This document shows, one piece after another, positions 52,784 to 61,604 of a stretch of 64,000 nt of DNA. The stretch comes from an uncultured Lentisphaeria bacterium. Lineage in GTDB: Bacteria > Fidelibacterota > UBA8477 > JABMPR01. The first letter of the stretch is position 1; each line of letters starts with the position of its first letter. The notes under the pieces are model-generated. The model was not told the origin of the DNA. It saw only the letters and a list, made by a program, of their open reading frames with translations, and made no database searches. The DNA lies in contig CAYVVT010000002.1 in assembly GCA_964454335.1 (NCBI GenBank), positions 211,436-275,435 on the forward strand, given 5' to 3'. A program made the translations under genes and the position numbers.

Positions 52784-55700
52784 ATGAAATATGTCCTCGT
52801 ACTTATAATGATGATCTCAGCGCTGGTGGCTGAAGAGCACTTCGCCTGGGCTTTGAACGGGATACCGATTCGCCAGGGTGTGCATATTGAGTGGCAGCGC
52901 ACCGCAGATTCCGGCAACGAGGGCGAATTGATCTTCGCCTGGTCCGATACCCGCAATGGTGATCGTGATGTCTATATGCAGAAGATCGATTTGGCAGGGA
53001 ACAAGCTCTGGGGTGAAACGGGTGTTCAGGCCAGCGTAACCTGGGGTCGTCAGGAAGATCCGGTCATCGTGTCCGACGGCATGGGTGGAGCCTTTCTTGC
53101 CTGGATCGATTACCGTGCCGATGAATATGGTGATGTCTACGGTCAGTATATCAACAGTGATGGATTGCTGCAATGGGATCCAGCCGGAGTTCCGCTGGCA
53201 GTCAATGACGGTGCCCAGCAGACTGCCAATATGGCCAGGGGCGGGGAAGGTTATGCCTTCGTCATCTGGGACGATTGGTCGCAGTCTGAACAGGGTGACA
53301 TCTTTGGTCAGGTCCTGAGTGTGAGTGGTCCCATTGAAGATCCCGAGCACAACGGATTCCCGGTTGCGGATGCTGCGGGCAGCCAGTCTTCCCACACCAT
53401 TGAGAACAGTGGATCGGATGCCGTGGTGGCCTGGGTGGATACGCGAGATCCGTCAAATCCAGATATCTATGCCCAGCGTCTGGATAACGCTTTCAACAAA
53501 CATTGGACTGACCAGGGTACCCTGGTCTGCGGTGAGGCCAGCGAACAAAGTGCGCCCAAGGTAGCCCCGGCTGACGGGGACCGGGTTGTCTTGAGTTGGC
53601 TGGATCCACGGAATAATGACAAGGGTGATGTTTATTCACAGATCCTGAACGTTGACGGTGAAGCTGCCTGGACGGCGAACGGGATTGCGGTAACAAATTT
53701 GAGTGCAGAACAGAATCGACCCAGGGTCAAGTCCAATGGAGTCGATCTGCTTTATTACATCTGGGAGGATTTTCGGAACAACAACCAGGATCCGGATATC
53801 TATACCCAGGCTCTGAATTTTGATGGTACCCCACACTGGACCGCTGACGGTATCCCGGTGAGCACAGCAGATCTGAAACAATTGCAGCCGAGGATCACAG
53901 TGGAGAGCAGCGGTGGATTCTTCGTCGTCTGGTTGGATGAACGCCAGGGTGGTTTCCCACAGTCTGATGTCTACATCCAGAAGGTGAACGATGACGCCAG
54001 CATGGATTTCATCGCCGATGGATTAGCCCTCACTGATGCTAAACGTTATCAGACAGGTGGTCTTGTACGACCTGACGGTTCGGGTGGTGCGATGGTGGTG
54101 TGGGGGAACGCCTCCACCGGAAGCATCGGCATCATGGCCCAACATGTAAGCAGTGACGGCAGTCAGAGCTGGGACGCAGACGGAACGGAATACTTCTTTG
54201 GCATCGATGGAGATGCTTCCCGCGGCCGTGCCTTACCCTGGGGCGACCATGAGGTAATGGTCTTCTGGGAGGATAACAGGCTTGCTGCAACTGGTGCCGT
54301 TGCCACTGCCCAGGTGATCAGCCGCAATGCAGGGATCAGCCACATTCTTGACGGTAAATCCCTTTCCACGAACGATGAGCAGGCGGTACCGGTGATCACT
54401 CCGGACCACGCCAACGGTGCCTACCTGGGATTCATGAACAAAACTACCGGGATCGAGATCCTGTATGCCCACCGTATCGATGAGAACCTGGACGCGGTCT
54501 GGCCGAGTGACGGCATCCGCATCTATGAAGAGAGTTTTGGGGCACAGGAAGCACCTTTCGTGGTGGCGGACGGTGACGGCAATCTGTTCTATTTCTGGTC
54601 TGAGTTGAGATTCGGGCCATACACGATCTACATACAGAAGTTCGATCCAGAGGGGAACGCCCACTGGCAGGCTGACGGCGTGGAGATCGGTGGTGACATG
54701 ATCTATCGTGATAAATACGTCACTGATGCAGTACTGCTGGCAGATGGTGGTATTTTCTTCGTTTGGGAAGCCATTTCGTGGGATGATGTCGATGTACATG
54801 TATCCAAGATCGACAACGATGGCGTTCTGCAATGGTCTCAGCCAATCACCGAGGCCACCGGGATCCAGGAAAATCCGGAGCTGGCCTTCGATGTTACCCT
54901 GGATCTCGCCTATATCGGCTGGCATGATGCCCGACAGGCAGCTACGAATGGTGTCGATCTCTATTATCGCTCGGTAACCAGCGACGGCACATTGGGGGAA
55001 GAACTCACCGTGGTTGAAAGCAGCGGCGACCAGACCGAACTGGCCCTGAGCCTGGCCGATGATGACAGTGGCGTCCTCTACGCCGCGTGGGAAGATTATC
55101 GCGACGGCCTTCAACATGATATCTTTGTCCGTGAACTGAACAGCTCCAGCAGCGAGATCCAGATCACGACTGAATCATCGGAGGACCTGGCACCGGCTCT
55201 GCGAGTTGTAAGCGCTTCCCACTTCTTTGTTGTCTGGGAAGATTTCCGCAACGGGATCCATTCAGATCTGTATTTCTATGATTCCGAGATCGGGCACGAA
55301 TACAACGTTCCCGGTGGTGTGCCCCTGTGTGTGGATGTTCTGAACCAGAGTGATCCACAGATTGCTGCCTATGCGGACAATTCACCTGATTCATCAGCAT
55401 ACATAATCGTCTGGGAGGACATGCGTTCATCAGGGAAGACAGAATTGACTAATATCTATGCCCAGGGCTATATCGAAGGTGCTGTGGCCATCGACGATGA
55501 CGAGGTCACAGTCCAGGATTTCCAGGTCATGCCCGCTTTCCCCAATCCCTTTAACGGTACTACAAGCATTCCGGTGGAACTCAACCGTCCCGGCATGGTG
55601 AAGTTGACGATCCATGACCTCCAGGGCCGGGAGATCTTCAGCCAGTCGGAATATCTCAGCGGTAACCAGACGCTGCAATGGATCGGGCACACTGATGACC

Positions 55701-55786
55701 TGCAGGAATTGGGCAGCGGTGTCTACATCGCCAGGATAGAATTTGCCGATCAGTCACTCAGTCAGAAACTGATCTATCTGCGCTAA
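52784..55786 (+). CDS. secreted protein with about 16 tandem ~50-aa beta-propeller-like repeats and T9SS C-terminal sorting domain
   Basis: Repeats of the type DVYxQxIxxDGxxxW (DVYMQKIDLAGNKLW, DIYAQRLDNAFNKHW, DVYSQILNVDGEAAW ...); C-terminus FPNPFNGTTSIPVELN...GVYIARIEF is a T9SS CTD. Confidence 0.6.
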   Translation: MKYVLVLIMMISALVAEEHFAWALNGIPIRQGVHIEWQRTADSGNEGELIFAWSDTRNGDRDVYMQKIDLAGNKLWGETGVQASVTWGRQEDPVIVSDGMGGAFLAWIDYRADEYGDVYGQYINSDGLLQWDPAGVPLAVNDGAQQTANMARGGEGYAFVIWDDWSQSEQGDIFGQVLSVSGPIEDPEHNGFPVADAAGSQSSHTIENSGSDAVVAWVDTRDPSNPDIYAQRLDNAFNKHWTDQGTLVCGEASEQSAPKVAPADGDRVVLSWLDPRNNDKGDVYSQILNVDGEAAWTANGIAVTNLSAEQNRPRVKSNGVDLLYYIWEDFRNNNQDPDIYTQALNFDGTPHWTADGIPVSTADLKQLQPRITVESSGGFFVVWLDERQGGFPQSDVYIQKVNDDASMDFIADGLALTDAKRYQTGGLVRPDGSGGAMVVWGNASTGSIGIMAQHVSSDGSQSWDADGTEYFFGIDGDASRGRALPWGDHEVMVFWEDNRLAATGAVATAQVISRNAGISHILDGKSLSTNDEQAVPVITPDHANGAYLGFMNKTTGIEILYAHRIDENLDAVWPSDGIRIYEESFGAQEAPFVVADGDGNLFYFWSELRFGPYTIYIQKFDPEGNAHWQADGVEIGGDMIYRDKYVTDAVLLADGGIFFVWEAISWDDVDVHVSKIDNDGVLQWSQPITEATGIQENPELAFDVTLDLAYIGWHDARQAATNGVDLYYRSVTSDGTLGEELTVVESSGDQTELALSLADDDSGVLYAAWEDYRDGLQHDIFVRELNSSSSEIQITTESSEDLAPALRVVSASHFFVVWEDFRNGIHSDLYFYDSEIGHEYNVPGGVPLCVDVLNQSDPQIAAYADNSPDSSAYIIVWEDMRSSGKTELTNIYAQGYIEGAVAIDDDEVTVQDFQVMPAFPNPFNGTTSIPVELNRPGMVKLTIHDLQGREIFSQSEYLSGNQTLQWIGHTDDLQELGSGVYIARIEFADQSLSQKLIYLR

Positions 55787-55807
55787 ACGAAGAGGGGAAA
55801 GCCCAAA

Positions 55808-58198
55808 TTGCGGAATCGCGTCTTTAGCAACGCTGTCCTGGCGGCAGTCATCTTTCTGACAGGTATTTCCCTGGAAGCGGAGCAGTTCGCAGCCTGCGGA
55901 CATCGGGATCACAACAGCATTTCCAATGCCTTCCGGGAATCGGTTCTGGATTCAAACTTCCACACCTACGACGAGATCGTCAGCTACCTCGATTCTGTAG
56001 ATCAGGTCCCTGAGCTTGAGTCGATCCTGGAAGTCTACGAGATCGGTTATTCCACGAACGAGGATCTGCCCATCAAGGCCATCAAGATATCGGATAATCC
56101 CACCTTGGAGGAAGATGAAGCCGCCCTGCTGTTCCTGGGACAATGCCATGCCGAGGAGATCCTGGGCGTTGAGATCAGCATGGGGCTCATCGACTCCTTG
56201 ATCAGCGGATTCAGCACCGGGAATCCACATATCATGGCCCTGATCCAGAACCTGGAGATCTGGGTGGTCCCCACACATAATCCAGAAGGGCTCCAGGTCG
56301 TGCATGATGGTTGGGACGTGACCTATAGGAAAAACAAGACGGACTGCAATGAGAACGGTGCGTTTGATTTTGTGGAAGGTATCGGCTGGGATATTGACGG
56401 GATCGATCTCAATCGGCAGTACGACTTCAACTGGATCTATGGGGACGCATACCTGGAAGGTGACTACGATTATTTCCGCGGCTTCGAACCCTTCAGCGAA
56501 TCCGAGGTACAGGCTGTAGCTGCCCTGGCGCGGGAGCAGCATTTCGTATTCTCCATTGCCTATCATTCCGCCCGCTCCGGTACGCCTGAGATCGTTTACT
56601 ACTCCTGGGAATGGGAAGATGTGAAGACACCGCCCGATTATCCCATCATCGATGAGCTGGCCCAGGAGCTGGCCGCCCGGATCATCAACGAATCCGGTGA
56701 CGGCAATTATGCTTCCCATCCGGGTACAACCCGGCGGGGGAACGCCCATGACTGGTTCTACACACAGACAGGCTGCATCCAGTTCCTGGTGGAATGCGGA
56801 ACCAACAATCTGCAGCCTGAAGGGCCCATCATCCTTGATACCGTTCAGCGCAACCTCGTAGGCTGCTTCTTTCTCCTGGATCGTGCGCTGGGATATCCTC
56901 CAGAGAGTCGCTCTCAGATCCGGGGCATCGTTCAGGACGCGTCGGATAACTTTCCGCTTGAGGGAGCTCAGGTGAGTGTATACCACCACACTCTGGATGA
57001 AGGTATCGTCCCCTTTGAGGGGCCTATGCTGGTTCCCCGTCGAACGGACGAATTTGGAAGATATCGCCGGATTCTGCAACCGGGTACCTATACGCTCGTC
57101 GCCTCAGCGCCGGGATTTGAATCCGACACGGTTGCTGGGGTATCTACAAGTGACAGCTATCCCAGCGATGTCGATTTCACCCTGTTACCCATGCCTGAAA
57201 AAGATTTCACCCTGGTGCTGCCACCAAGGGACGGATTGAGCCAATACACTGTGATCATGGCCGACAACACCCAGCGAGATACTCTAAATCTCGCGCCAGG
57301 GAATTTCCATATTAGCTGGCAGGGTCATTACGTTGACCTCACCGTATCCGCTGAAGGCTTTTTCCCCGAATTGCATCAAGTGGTCCTGGACAGTATCCCG
57401 GATGGGTACGTCTATGAACTTGGAATTCATCTGCCGGAGCATTATGTCGTTCTTCAGCATGGTTTTGAGGATCTGGTGGGCTGGGATGTCAATGGTCCCA
57501 ACTGGTTCCTCTGGGATGGAAAGATATTCACTCAGGCTGCCATGACCTATCTGCCTGGAGATGATGTTTCCCTGACCTCGCCTATTTTCTCGCTGAGCAC
57601 CTACAAACGTGTTGCCGTTGAGATCCACCACCAGTATGAACTGGAGTGGGATATCGACAGCGTCTCAGTGGATATCCTGGATCATAATACCGGACAGGTT
57701 GTGTTACACAAGGCCTGGATGGGGCAGGATTACGAACCGCACAGCGACCTTGTCTTCGAGGTTGGTGACCTGCCTGGATTTGGTCGGCTGAGACTGAGTA
57801 TGGCAGCGGATTCGACAGTTGAGTTCCGTGGCTGGGTCATTGACAGTATAGCGGTCATGATCACCAATGAAGAAGTGGTTGCGGTAGACGACAGGTTGAA
57901 GGAACACCAGCGTTCACAGCCAATGGAGGCCAGACTCAGTCTGCAACCCAATCCCGTGCGCAACCAGACATCGGTATACTTCGAACTGCCAGGCGCGCTG
58001 GAAATTGAGATCGAGATATTCGATGTTCTGGGGCGACGGATCAAGCACTCCGGCCTGCAGGGGGTAGCAGGGAATAATCAATGGTCCTGGCAAGGCGTGG
58101 ACCAGTATGGCAGCCGGGTACCCGCAGGGATCTACTTTCTCAGGATGACGGGACCGGAACTTCAGGTCACACAGAAATTCATGTTGTTGGCACCTTGA
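55808..58198 (+). CDS. M14-family zinc carboxypeptidase with regulatory-like beta-sandwich domain and T9SS C-terminal sorting domain
   Basis: TTG start; zinc/active-site-like motifs GQCHAEEILG, THNPEG, DLNRQY, IAYHSAR, FLVECG; C-terminus LSLQPNPVRNQTSVYFEL...GIYFLRM is a T9SS CTD. Confidence 0.7.
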   Translation: MRNRVFSNAVLAAVIFLTGISLEAEQFAACGHRDHNSISNAFRESVLDSNFHTYDEIVSYLDSVDQVPELESILEVYEIGYSTNEDLPIKAIKISDNPTLEEDEAALLFLGQCHAEEILGVEISMGLIDSLISGFSTGNPHIMALIQNLEIWVVPTHNPEGLQVVHDGWDVTYRKNKTDCNENGAFDFVEGIGWDIDGIDLNRQYDFNWIYGDAYLEGDYDYFRGFEPFSESEVQAVAALAREQHFVFSIAYHSARSGTPEIVYYSWEWEDVKTPPDYPIIDELAQELAARIINESGDGNYASHPGTTRRGNAHDWFYTQTGCIQFLVECGTNNLQPEGPIILDTVQRNLVGCFFLLDRALGYPPESRSQIRGIVQDASDNFPLEGAQVSVYHHTLDEGIVPFEGPMLVPRRTDEFGRYRRILQPGTYTLVASAPGFESDTVAGVSTSDSYPSDVDFTLLPMPEKDFTLVLPPRDGLSQYTVIMADNTQRDTLNLAPGNFHISWQGHYVDLTVSAEGFFPELHQVVLDSIPDGYVYELGIHLPEHYVVLQHGFEDLVGWDVNGPNWFLWDGKIFTQAAMTYLPGDDVSLTSPIFSLSTYKRVAVEIHHQYELEWDIDSVSVDILDHNTGQVVLHKAWMGQDYEPHSDLVFEVGDLPGFGRLRLSMAADSTVEFRGWVIDSIAVMITNEEVVAVDDRLKEHQRSQPMEARLSLQPNPVRNQTSVYFELPGALEIEIEIFDVLGRRIKHSGLQGVAGNNQWSWQGVDQYGSRVPAGIYFLRMTGPELQVTQKFMLLAP

Positions 58199-58235
58199 GC
58201 AGAGCTGCGCGTATAATCCTCCGTAAACAGATCTA

Positions 58236-61200
58236 ATGAGGCTCCTTTTGAATAGAATTTACAGAACCCTCGTTCCAGTGATCCTCGCAAGTCAGGTCTT
58301 TGCCGCACAGGGCCCCCTTGGTTTTGAGAAGCTTATGAATGCCTATCCGGATGTCAGGGAGAATTATGCCTGGCAGACCTATCAGCGTGGTGACTTCCTG
58401 GTGATTGGCGCTGATGCACTGATGGACAATCCCTTCATGGGTCTCTACAGGGAATTCAAGGAGCGTCAGGGTTTCCGAGTGACGATGACGGGTCTCAGTG
58501 AGGCAGGGAACACCTCTGCCGCTATCAAGGATTACATTGCCGATTTCTACAGCAGTCATGCACTGGAATATGTACTGCTGGTAGGGGATGTCACCGGGGC
58601 CTTTGCATTGCCCAGCTATAGCTTCGGACCGGAAAACGATGTCACCGATCTGCCGTATGTGCTGCTGGAAGGGTCCGGCGACGATTATTTTCCGGAAGCC
58701 TTCATCGGTCGCTGGCCGGTAGATACGCAATCAGACCTGGCGGTGATCGTCAACAAGACCATTCAATATGCCTCAAATCCCTACATGGGTTCTGATTGGA
58801 TGGACAAGGCCCTGGTCGTTGCCGGGAATTACGCCGATACGGGGACGATCCTCACACCGGTATGGACATCATACTGGTTAAGGGATGAACTTGATGATTA
58901 CGGATACACACAGGTCGATACCGTATTCTTCCCGCCGGTGACCCAGCCAACTGACGTTCTCAACTCCTGGAACTCGGGGGTGGGGATCGTGAATTACCGA
59001 GGATGGGGTGATGCCCATGGCTGGCATTATCCCCATTTCCATGTATCAGATTTTGATGAAGGCAGCCTGTCCAATGGTTTCCAGCTACCTATCGTGTTCA
59101 GCTTCGTCTGTGGAACAGGCAAGTTTGACAGTTCCATCGATCCATCCTTCTGTGAAGCCATGCTAACCCTGGGGACCTTTACCGCTCCTGCAGGCGCTGT
59201 GGCGGTGGTAGCGCCTTCTGATCTGCATACCCGCACTAAATTCAACAATGCCCTGAACACAACCCTGTGGGATGCCCTGCTGGAGGGACGCGCCAACGAA
59301 CTGGGGCCAGCACTACTGGCCTGTAAGTTCGGATTCCTCAACGAGTTCACCGATCAGACCGGGCCCGGGGAGATGGCAGAATTCTACTATCATACCTACA
59401 ATATCATAGGCGATCCCAGCCTGCCCATCTGGTTGGGAACACCGGATATTATCGATATCAGCGCCGAGGACCTGGGACCGGTGTTCTGGGACTCAGGCTT
59501 GATAACCATGACCAGCTCTGAACTACCCGAAGGCGTTTTCGCACTGCGTCATGGTGAGGAACTGGTTGGCGCAGGACGCTGGACCGATGGGAACATCCGA
59601 ATCTATCGATTTGACGGCCATGCCTTCTACGATCCCGAGAAGGAATCCGAAGCCCTGGAGATCACCCTCAACGTTCCGGGTCATGTCCCCCTCACGCTGG
59701 AGGTCATGCCGGAGACTGGCGCTGAACAATGTTTTGCAGGATTTGCTGAGTCACTGTACCCGGGGATCGACTCCTGGTCTCTCCAGGTGGATAACCATGC
59801 TGCAGCGAGCGTGGATGCAAGCGTGGGTATCAGCATTCCGGGAACGGATTACAATCATGATTTTGGAACAGTCACCATTCCGGCCCAGACCACACTGACC
59901 CTGTCACCCCTCTCGGCGCCCGTTATCCCCCTGGGAACTCGCGAGCAGGTGATTGAGATCAGCATCGATGGTGTTACCCGCAGCGCTGCCATTCCTCTAG
60001 CTATGGTCCATGCTGATATCGAGCTTGATTTTGGAGAGATGCTGCGTCCCATCCCCGGTGAATCCTTTGAAGTAGACCTGAGCGGCGTTCTGGTGGGCAT
60101 GCCGGTTTCAGCACTGGATCTGGATGTTAGTCTTTCCAGTCCTGCAGAATTCGCAAGTCTTGATGACATCAGCGGAAGCGCCACCCTTTCCACCGCCGGT
60201 GAACTGGTCTTTGAGGATGCCCGTTTTTCCGGGAGCATCTCTGATATTGCCCCGGGCAGCCGTTTACCGCTGCATTTTGATTTTACCCTGGCCGGGCAGT
60301 CGGAATCCTTTCATCAAGCGGTATTCTCAGTGTTGGTGGGCAGCGTGAGCAGTACCGATCCCACACCACCCTGCGAGGCAGGATATTGGGCCTACGACAA
60401 CACCGATGTGGACTTTGCCCAAGCACCTGAGTATAACTGGCTTGATCTATCCGAGGAAGGTGGAGCAACCCATGTCCTGCTGGGTGATGATGACCACACG
60501 CTGGTGGACCTGCCCTTCACATTCAGATATTTTGGTGTTGACTACAACAATCTGACGATCAATTCCAACGGCTGGGCAGCCTTCGGTCCGGATTACATCA
60601 ACTATTTCCGGAACTGGTCGATCCCCATGCCTCTGGGTGCTGATGCCATGATGGCACCATTCTGGGACGACCTTGACAATGACAGTCTGGTAGCCGGGCA
60701 GGAACAACCGGTACCCATCGATATCTACTACTACCAACAAATCGGCGATCCAGGGGCTTTTATCGTACAATGGGATGAGATCTACAATGGCTTTGGTGAC
60801 CGCAGCTATACCGAAACATTTCAGCTGCTGCTGTACGATCCCGCCTCGATGGTGGCGGAGGATGGAAACGGCATCATCGAATTCCAGTACAGCGAAGTAC
60901 ACGATGTGGATCAGATCAACAATTACACCACAGTTGGCATCGAGAGCCCCGATCAGAATGATGGGCTCCAGTATGTCTACAATCGGGTCTATGCACCCGG
61001 GGCTACAGAACTCGGTGCAGGCCTGGCTATACGATTTACCACGGATCCACCGGATAACTACTGGGCTTCGATCAGTGAAGCCCTGCCATTACCGCAGGTA
61101 TTCAAGCTTGGAATGCCCTACCCGAACCCATTCAATCCTGAAGTGTCGATTCCGTTAGAGATCAAGGGTACCGGCCATGTATCCGTTGCCATCTACAATC

Positions 61201-61358
61201 TCCGGGGACAGTTGGTCCGGGAGATCGATACTGCAGGCCTGGCAGCGGGTACGCACAGGCTACAATTCAATGCCGGTGATCTGGCTGCAGGGCTGTATCT
61301 GGTCCGCGCGGGTCGTAGTGATGAATTTCAGGTACAGAAGATCACTCTGCTGAAGTAG
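58236..61358 (+). CDS. gingipain-like C25-family cysteine peptidase homolog, 1040 aa, T9SS C-terminal sorting domain
   Basis: C25 hallmarks YVLLVGDVTGAF, FPEAFIGRWP, VNYRGWGDAHGW, FVCGTGKFD, GDPSLPIW; C-terminus PYPNPFNPEVSIPLEI...GLYLVRA is a T9SS CTD. Confidence 0.75.
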   Translation: MRLLLNRIYRTLVPVILASQVFAAQGPLGFEKLMNAYPDVRENYAWQTYQRGDFLVIGADALMDNPFMGLYREFKERQGFRVTMTGLSEAGNTSAAIKDYIADFYSSHALEYVLLVGDVTGAFALPSYSFGPENDVTDLPYVLLEGSGDDYFPEAFIGRWPVDTQSDLAVIVNKTIQYASNPYMGSDWMDKALVVAGNYADTGTILTPVWTSYWLRDELDDYGYTQVDTVFFPPVTQPTDVLNSWNSGVGIVNYRGWGDAHGWHYPHFHVSDFDEGSLSNGFQLPIVFSFVCGTGKFDSSIDPSFCEAMLTLGTFTAPAGAVAVVAPSDLHTRTKFNNALNTTLWDALLEGRANELGPALLACKFGFLNEFTDQTGPGEMAEFYYHTYNIIGDPSLPIWLGTPDIIDISAEDLGPVFWDSGLITMTSSELPEGVFALRHGEELVGAGRWTDGNIRIYRFDGHAFYDPEKESEALEITLNVPGHVPLTLEVMPETGAEQCFAGFAESLYPGIDSWSLQVDNHAAASVDASVGISIPGTDYNHDFGTVTIPAQTTLTLSPLSAPVIPLGTREQVIEISIDGVTRSAAIPLAMVHADIELDFGEMLRPIPGESFEVDLSGVLVGMPVSALDLDVSLSSPAEFASLDDISGSATLSTAGELVFEDARFSGSISDIAPGSRLPLHFDFTLAGQSESFHQAVFSVLVGSVSSTDPTPPCEAGYWAYDNTDVDFAQAPEYNWLDLSEEGGATHVLLGDDDHTLVDLPFTFRYFGVDYNNLTINSNGWAAFGPDYINYFRNWSIPMPLGADAMMAPFWDDLDNDSLVAGQEQPVPIDIYYYQQIGDPGAFIVQWDEIYNGFGDRSYTETFQLLLYDPASMVAEDGNGIIEFQYSEVHDVDQINNYTTVGIESPDQNDGLQYVYNRVYAPGATELGAGLAIRFTTDPPDNYWASISEALPLPQVFKLGMPYPNPFNPEVSIPLEIKGTGHVSVAIYNLRGQLVREIDTAGLAAGTHRLQFNAGDLAAGLYLVRAGRSDEFQVQKITLLK

Positions 61359-61604
61359 TTCGGAGCACATTCCCTCATCCCCGGACAGACAATCATCGAT
61401 CCAGCGTTCAGGTATCAAAAACTGGCTCCAGACGGGTTCAACACAAGCCGTTGAAAAGGTATTCAGACAGCTGCTCAAGAGTGGTGTAAGTCAGTCAGAA
61501 CATGGGTTTACCCATGGGGCTCCATTAAAATGTTAGATTGCCATCGTACCAGTGGAGTTCTTCGTCTTCTATATTCTCCGAACGTGAAAAGGATAGAAAG
61601 GTTC

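Noticed and set aside
55952-57079. 375-aa minus-strand ORF inside the M14 carboxypeptidase gene
   Set aside because: Antisense to a gene with M14 motifs and a T9SS CTD; no signal or domain features of its own.
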